This document shows, in pieces, positions 57,253 to 64,000 of a DNA stretch of 64,000 nucleotides. Under the pieces are notes generated by a model, which saw only the letters and a list, made by a program, of their open reading frames with translations, made no database searches and was not told the origin of the DNA. The DNA is taken from positions 89,964,001-90,028,000 of the forward strand of contig NC_087437.1 in assembly GCF_036321535.1 (NCBI RefSeq), in the 5' to 3' direction. Position 1 is the first letter of the stretch; each line of letters starts with the position of its first letter. A program made the translations under genes and the position numbers. This DNA comes from Camelus dromedarius. Its lineage: Eukaryota.

Positions 57253-57476
57253 CAGAGTTCAGCAGACGTCTTTTGCCAAAGGCCAGAAACTAAATATTTT
57301 AAGATTCATGGGAGACACTGTTATCTGTCACAACCACTCCACACTGCCTCTGTGGAGTAAAGCAGCCACACGTAACACTTAAACGAACAGGCATGGCTGT
57401 GTGCCCGTTAAACTTAATTCATAACAACAGGTGGTGTGCTGGATTTGACTAACAGGCCATGGTTTGCCCACACGTG
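57253..57476. mobile_element. hAT-Charlie MITE, MER58A-like
   Basis: aaaggccagaaactaaatattttaag...aaagcagccaca...catggctgtgtgcccgttaaactt...ggatttgactaacaggccatggtttgcc. Flanked by a degenerate 8-bp TSD, gtctagat / gtctcgaa. Confidence 0.85.
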
Positions 57477-57494
57477 GTCTCGAAGAGGGGGCTA

Positions 57495-57672
57495 TCCTAG
57501 AGCGCTTTCCCTGATGATGGATGAATCTCTATCTACCTATGGCTACTGAGGACTTGAAATAGAGCCAGTATCACTGAAGGAAACAAATTTGTTATACATT
57601 TTATTTTAGTTATTTTAAATTCAAATTTAAATAACTACATGTGGCCAGTGGCTACTGTATTGAACAGTATAG
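57495..57672. mobile_element. hAT-Charlie MITE, MER3-like
   Basis: atggctactgaggacttgaaat...aatttaaataactacatgtggccagtggctactgtattgaacagtatag. Confidence 0.75.
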
Positions 57673-60521
57673 ATATAGATGGTTCTCTATGACAGTAACA
57701 GTTGAAAAGCAAGAGTTATGGGACACATTAACATTCCAAGACAATGGATTGCTTTAAGCAATCAGATATCACAAACTCAATACATGCTGTTTAAACACAA
57801 ATAAATTGAGTATTCTCCTAAGTGGATGGTGAATTTTTTTCTAAAGAATACAAAAAAGAAAGTATCAACATATGGTGCACATCTGAGTAAATATGGAGAG
57901 ATCAGATTTGCTAGGACTGAACTGCAATATATCATCATGCATCTCAGCTTCTGTGACAGTAGTATTTCTAAAATGATAGGCTTAGAATAGTTTATAACAC
58001 TAACAAGAGATCTGAAGAGAGGGAGATTCCCAGATTATCTACAGAAAGATTTGCTCTTGTCCTAGAATTTAAGGACTTATTCCAAATTAATAAAAATCAT
58101 TGACCACAATTTAAAATAGCTTTCTGGTGTCCAGATGGCCTCCACAGTGCATGGCTTCTGATCTGGCTAAAGATCAAACTCACCTTCTGCTTCTTGTTCT
58201 GTCTCTAAGCTGGCCCTTGATTATAGCTAATGACCCCCAGCTATAGTAATTCCTTAACCTATTATTCTTCCTATTTCTGTCTGGATTTATAGGGCTTTAC
58301 TTTTTGGGGGAGCAGAGCATTTATAACGATCACCACAACTCTGTTTGAAAACAAGAAGCTTACTTTTTTCTTTTTTTTTTTTTTTTGAGAAATGGTCACA
58401 TCTTGGCTCATATTACTTGCCACTTGAATAAAATTCATACAAGCCAAATTTTCATTTATGCCTTAATTTGATGAAATCTCAGAAAATTTGTTCTGCTGGA
58501 ACTGTATTTTTGCTTCCTCAGAAATACTTTAAAAATCAGTTTTCATTTAGGTGTCCATACTGGACATATTAAAGTATATAAATAAGTTTCTCATACCAAT
58601 CATTAATGAAGCTCACCTGCTGTGCTATAGATTACTGAGACAGAAAAGACCACCTCTATTCTCCTTTGGACATCAGAGGACAGGAAATACATGGGTTGCT
58701 TACAAAGGAAACTTCATAGACCAAGTTTTCTAGGAGGCTCATGCCAATATACCCAAACATGCAAAAAATCAGCTGCCCTAGGAGTTTTTAAGGCTACAGT
58801 GTTATTTGAGGAGCCAATGAAATCTACACTCTCTAGCCATTTGCCACCAAACATCTACACTTCTGTTTTTAAAACTGTAAAGCAGTCTTTACATGGGTAA
58901 AGATTAATGAGCATGAGTAGAGCTGAGCAGGGTTAACTGGTTGAGGGCTGTAGCTTCAAAACAGTGATTTACTCTACTGAGATATTTAAAGATTTTGAAA
59001 ATGCAAATAGCTTGTGAAATGCACTTACAAATTTAAAGAAAGAACAAAAGGTGAAAAATCTTGCCCTAAGTGACAGGGATGGTGCACATATGCTTTGACA
59101 GAGGTTTTCTCACTTTCATATATTTCAAGTCAATGGTAACAAGTACTTCAAATTATTACAGTTTGAGCAGGGAAATCCTGCCTGTATGTAGCTTCTTCAT
59201 TAAGAATTATTAACATCAAAATGCTGCCTGCTTACTTTCCTCCATATTTTCATTTGTGTCACGTGTAAAATATTAAAATATAATTATGTACCATAATCAC
59301 AGCAATTGAAGGACTGACCCATGGCAAATGACTACTCTGTTTCATTTCATATACATTTTTCTGACCTATCCATTTTTCTTTATAGATCATGGCCATAGTT
59401 TTGGATTTGGGAGAAAAAAGGCACTTTCTTTGCAAGTGAATATTTTCCTAGTTACCTTTATTGGATAAATCATTTTGAGAGAAGAGAATGAGAAAACAGA
59501 TCAGGAAAGCCAGAGAGTTACAAATGTATATAGTAGGAGCAATAGTCTTGCAAATATTAACAGTTACTTAAATTAAAAATATCCCTTTGAGTGAAATTTG
59601 GCACTAATATACATTATTTCACAAACCCTTAATCTGTCGTCTATGTCTCGTTTCAAGTGGTAAATTATACTCAGACCACAAAAAACTAGCATCTCCAATA
59701 GTTTATGAGTCTGGACTGCCAAGAAATAAGCTACTTAAAACAGAAACAACCATCACAACCATCACAACCATCACGAGCCTCTTTACAGGTTCTTAGTTCT
59801 AATCTTCAGAGGTGATTGAAAACTACTATAATCATTTACCAACTTTCTGAAATAAAGAAAGTAACACCATATTTAGTCATGAGCTTGTAAGGAAAAAAAT
59901 CATTCTAAATAAATGAATCAAAATAATGACCAACTAGAAGAAAACTAAGGAGCTACTCTTACAAGGCAATTGTGATTTTAATGAAAGGATGTCCACTGAA
60001 TAGTGCTCACATGTAAAAATCAGTGCTAGGTCTTGAATGGAAAGAGAAGGAAACACACATACTGAGCCAGAAAAGCTGTAGACATTTCATTTTCAAAATA
60101 TTCTCACAAAGAGGGGGTGTTTATACCCATGTCACTGACAATGAGGAATCTGAGTTTCAAGAATATCAAGGAACCCTCCTAAGGTCACCCAGTAATGATT
60201 TTTTTTTCTTTTCTTCTTTTTTTTAGCATATACCAATTTGATTATGAAACCCATATAATTTTAGTTAAGATAGTATCCACCCTTTTATTCATTCCATTCA
60301 GCTGGTTATGGAATTTTACTCAATTAGAAATTCCAGATTTGGACTTAAGATTTCATTTCTTTATCTCTAGAACCAGAAAAGACAGGACTTGATAATTAAC
60401 ACCAACTCTTACTTTATATCTGATCTTGAACAAGCTATTTATTTTAATGAACTTTAATAACGTTATTTGTAAAATGGTACAATACTCTTTTGCAAAGTCT
60501 AGTGGCCTTACTTTTTAAAAA

Positions 60522-60880
60522 TTCTTATTTTTTATTGACGTGTAGTCAATTTACAATGTTAATTTCATGTATACAGCAAAGCGATTCAGTTATACACATG
60601 TATATATATATACACATTTTTTTTTTCAGTTTCTTTTCCATTATGGCTCTTGTAATCTGTAAAATTATAAATTTATAATCTTATAAACTTAAATTTATCT
60701 GTAAAGAAATTTTAAAAATTTAATTATCTTATAATTTATAATCTATTTCTTATAATAGAAACTGAATATAGTTCCCTATGCTATATAGTAGGTCCTTGCT
60801 CTTCATTTTATATATAGTAATGTGCATCTGTTAACCCCAAACTCCTAAGCTATCCCTTCCCCTCACTTCCCCCATGGTAT
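60522..60880 (-). mobile_element. LINE-1 3' end fragment, interrupted by an AT-rich insert
   Basis: gtagtcaatttacaatgtt...gattcagttatacacatg...tgaatatagttccctatgctatatagtaggtccttg...accccaaactcctaa, homologous to the copy at 27238-27720. Confidence 0.85.
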
Positions 60881-61053
60881 TTTCTTGACAGGGTAGTTGG
60901 ATGATTAAAAAAAATTGATACTGTCAAGTTTTGCAATGCTTAAAAATTTATTTAATAAAGTTAACTATTTCCCTTATTTGTCTTTCTGTTAAAAATAAGT
61001 AGAAAATTTTTGAAAGTAAGTATCATTTATAATCATGGTTAAAGAAATCATAC

Positions 61054-61147
61054 TTATTTATTTTTTTAATAGAGTTACTGGGGATTGAACCCAGGACCTC
61101 GTGCATGCTCAGCATGTACTCTACCACTGAGCTATTCCCTGGCCCCC
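61054..61147 (-). mobile_element. tRNA-Ala-derived SINE (camelid vic-1-like)
   Basis: Minus strand GGGGGCCAGGGAATAGCTCAGTGGTAGAGTACATGCTGAGCATGCACGAGGTCCTGGGTTCAATCCCCAG with intact A and B boxes, then an A-rich tail. Confidence 0.88.
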
Positions 61148-61379
61148 ATGTTTTTGTTTCCTTATTTCATTGTTTCCCTTGAGAGAAGACGTTTATGATA
61201 AGAAGGAAATAAATAACATTACTAGGAATGCTCTAGATTTGGGGACAGTGTGGGAGAGGTAATGACATGAATCACCAAAATCAGTATTTTGTTTCTGGCA
61301 TACGTTTGCCTAAATGAATCTTTACTTTTACTATCATAGTCAATGCAATAGTAATAGTAGTAGCATTAGCGGTAGCAGT

Positions 61380-61675
61380 AGTCATAGCTAACATTTACAT
61401 GATAACTATTACATATCAGGCCCTCTTCTCAGCATAACAAGACTCATGGGTAAGTATGTTAGTCACTCCCATTTTATTACTAAGAAGATTGAAACGCAAC
61501 AAGATTAAGCAATTTGTCGAATGTCACACAACTATTTTTCAAAGAGCTGAGATGTACACCTGAAACTAAGACAATATTGTAAATCAATGATACTTCAATT
61601 AAAAAAAAAAAAAAAAAAAAAAGCTCGGTTTTGAACCCAGGAAGCTTACTCCAGATTCTGCGCTCTTAAGCACCA
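61380..61675. mobile_element. MIR SINE interrupted by a short L1 3' end
   Basis: atagctaacatttac...cccattttattactaagaagattgaaacgcaacaagattaagcaatttgtcgaatgtcacacaact...tgaacccagg...actccaga. Confidence 0.75.
61553..61622 (+). mobile_element. Extremely 5'-truncated L1 (about 48 nt plus A22)
   Basis: tgtacacctgaaactaagacaatattgtaaatcaatgatacttcaatt followed by an uninterrupted poly(A). Confidence 0.85.
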
Positions 61676-63308
61676 AGCTCTAAAAAGAAAGATTTTACGT
61701 GTACACTCCTCTATGTATATGTGGGTGTGCTGATGTTCCCCACTATTTCTCGAAAACTAAGCTACCCTAGGATTTTCCCAAAATGTCCTGGGAGAGCACA
61801 GCAGCAAACTGATAATGTGGCACTTAGCGTACCTGCAGTGATTACATGAGGAAGGTGACAGGAGAGGTTCCTGCGGAAAGAAACATGAAAAAGTACTAAG
61901 ACGGATCGCTGAGTTTGGTCACTAGAAAAATGTATAAATTTAAAAGGTGATAAAAAGGTGGATATCTGTGCTTGTGAAATTGTGGCAGAAGTGGCATGTG
62001 TCTCTAAGTGCAGACAGGAGACATGGAATAAGACTGAGAAATACAGTCTCAAAGATCATGTATGAAAAATGGATAGTTAAAACATTTTACCAAAGAATAT
62101 TTGACAGAAAGGGAGATTAACTCAAAATAGACTAAAAGAAAATGTCATACTGAAAGAGCATAAAATACTACTAGTAGGGAAAAAGTGTAATCCTCCTGAT
62201 AATGATTCAGAGCGCAGCTAATGCAAAACATTTTAAAATACTGCCATAAAATCGTAGCATGTGATTTTACAAGTGGTTATGACATTTGTCAAGCCTCCAA
62301 AATGCTGCTTCTTTGACATTGTCAATTTGTAGCACACATGACAGAAATTTATATTTTATCACAAAGAATAACCAAAACATGCTCCATCATAAACTATAAA
62401 AAGTGAAAGCTACTGCCTTACAGGTATGTATTTTGATATTTTTCCAGGACTGAACTAAAGAGTCTTTTTGGGTGTGTGAGAGCCAAAAACAGAATTTTAA
62501 GGAAAACAGTAACATTAATTTTGTGTATAAAATTAAGTTCACTTACTGAGAAAAACACTTGGAATATTTATTGTAACGCAGAGTTTATGGAAGCAGCAGT
62601 ACATAGCTATAGATACTATGGAATTTGAGATATATTTAGTTCGTGAAATAACAAACGCTAGTGAAGAGTGTTTGAAAATCCTAGTATTAACAGATCTGTA
62701 TCTCAAAAAATAAAACATTCTTGGAAATTATTTTATGAAAAAGAGGCTAAACTCTGCAAAGAGAAGTAGAAAAAATCTGTATGAAAAGTGAACTGGGTTT
62801 AAATCCTATAAGAAATGCTTACTTATTTTGTGTATCCGACCCTATTTTATGGAGATCCCTTCTCCTTAACTATAAAAATGGGATGGTTATTTATTTTCAC
62901 AGAATTTTAAGATGGTAACTTAGTATACATACTGGTATTTTGACACACTGAGCATTCAAATTTATGCAACTTGATACGGAAACATAGCCATTTCAATAGA
63001 GAATAAAACAAGCATTTTAGAAGTTCTATTATGAGCTAAATAGTCGGGTTGGTGTTCTGGTCTTCAATATAATCTTGTGAGCTTGGAATTTTTAATTTGG
63101 TTTTTCAGGCAACAAAAATCGGTCTAAGATAGACTATGTCATTTGTTCAGAGTCTCACAGAGCTACATTCCTGGATTTTAAACCAGGTCATCAGACTCCA
63201 AAGTCCAGTTTCTTCCTATTATATCTCACACAGAATTAAATCTTTGTTTTGTTTTAAATGTACCTCCATAATTCTTAGTCCAAGAAGGCTTGGGATTTGA
63301 GGAGCTAA

Positions 63309-63334
63309 GTGTGTGTGTGCGTGTGTGTGTGTGT
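63309..63334. repeat. (TG)n microsatellite
   Basis: gtgtgtgtgtgcgtgtgtgtgtgtgt. Confidence 0.9.
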
Positions 63335-64000
63335 AGTCTACTCAACTTACTTTAGAGGGCCAAAATGCAGTAACAAGGGCCAGATTTACTCTCCTACTGC
63401 GCCAAACGAAATATATGAAGTAGCAGTTTGCAAAACATTGTTTATCAGACAAGAGATAAAAGAGAGTGAGCCCTGAAGATGGACAAATGAGGTAAGCTGT
63501 TGACATACTCCAGCTCACTGTATCGAGATAATTTCCATTTCGCTGCAGGGACGGGAAACCCAGGAGGAGCCTGGCTGACTCCCAAGGCAGCCATAGTTCT
63601 CAGAAGAGAGTGCTGGGGAGAAGAGATAAGTGAGTTTTTGAACAGAAATGAGAACAACATAGTGTGAGGTTTACAAACTGTAAAAGTAAAATGTGTGGCA
63701 AAAATAACCCTAACCCTAACATGCTCTTTTTTTTTTTTTTAACGACTTGCCATAAATCACTTAAACTCTCTGCCACAATTCCCTCACCTGTCAAATGTGA
63801 ATGAAATTCCAGGACTCACTGAATATGTAAATTAGCTACAGGGTTTTTAATTTTTTGCAGAAGATTGGTTATCTTAAATACTCATTGTGCTTTAAATAAT
63901 TAAGGAGCTTTAAAAGTCCATTTGCTTACCTTTGTTAATCTTTAATTACTTTTCATTTTCAAAATATTCATTTACAGAAAGGAATTACTTTCAGTGAAAA

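Noticed and set aside
59746..59774. (acaaccatc)x3, and the 13-bp direct repeat at 51918-51947
   Set aside because: Ordinary slippage repeats with no sign of function.
61075..61147. Possible functional tRNA-Ala gene (also at 37315-37389)
   Set aside because: Acceptor stem and anticodon arm are degenerate, with a 5' extension and A-rich tail typical of a SINE.

Overview
AT-rich, CpG-depleted mammalian genomic DNA (gene desert or large intron), probably camelid: two tRNA-Ala(AGC)-derived SINEs resemble the camelid vic-1 type. The only recognisable coding sequence is an intronless, full-length (250 aa) SBDS retrocopy at 28543-29295 (+). It has an uninterrupted frame and a GC/CpG-rich 5' UTR, several non-conservative substitutions, and an unusual 3' end with no poly(A) tail or clear target-site duplication. 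The rest is interspersed repeats (L1 fragments, an ERV1/MER41-like solo LTR with 4-bp TSD, MaLR MLT1 LTRs, hAT-Charlie MITEs, MIR/L2 relics), microsatellites, small local duplications and inverted repeats, and a few candidate cis-regulatory patches. I found no host-gene exon, no CRISPR array and no clearly new multi-gene system. Repeat names and human SBDS comparisons come from recalled consensus sequences, not from a search, and repeat boundaries are approximate.
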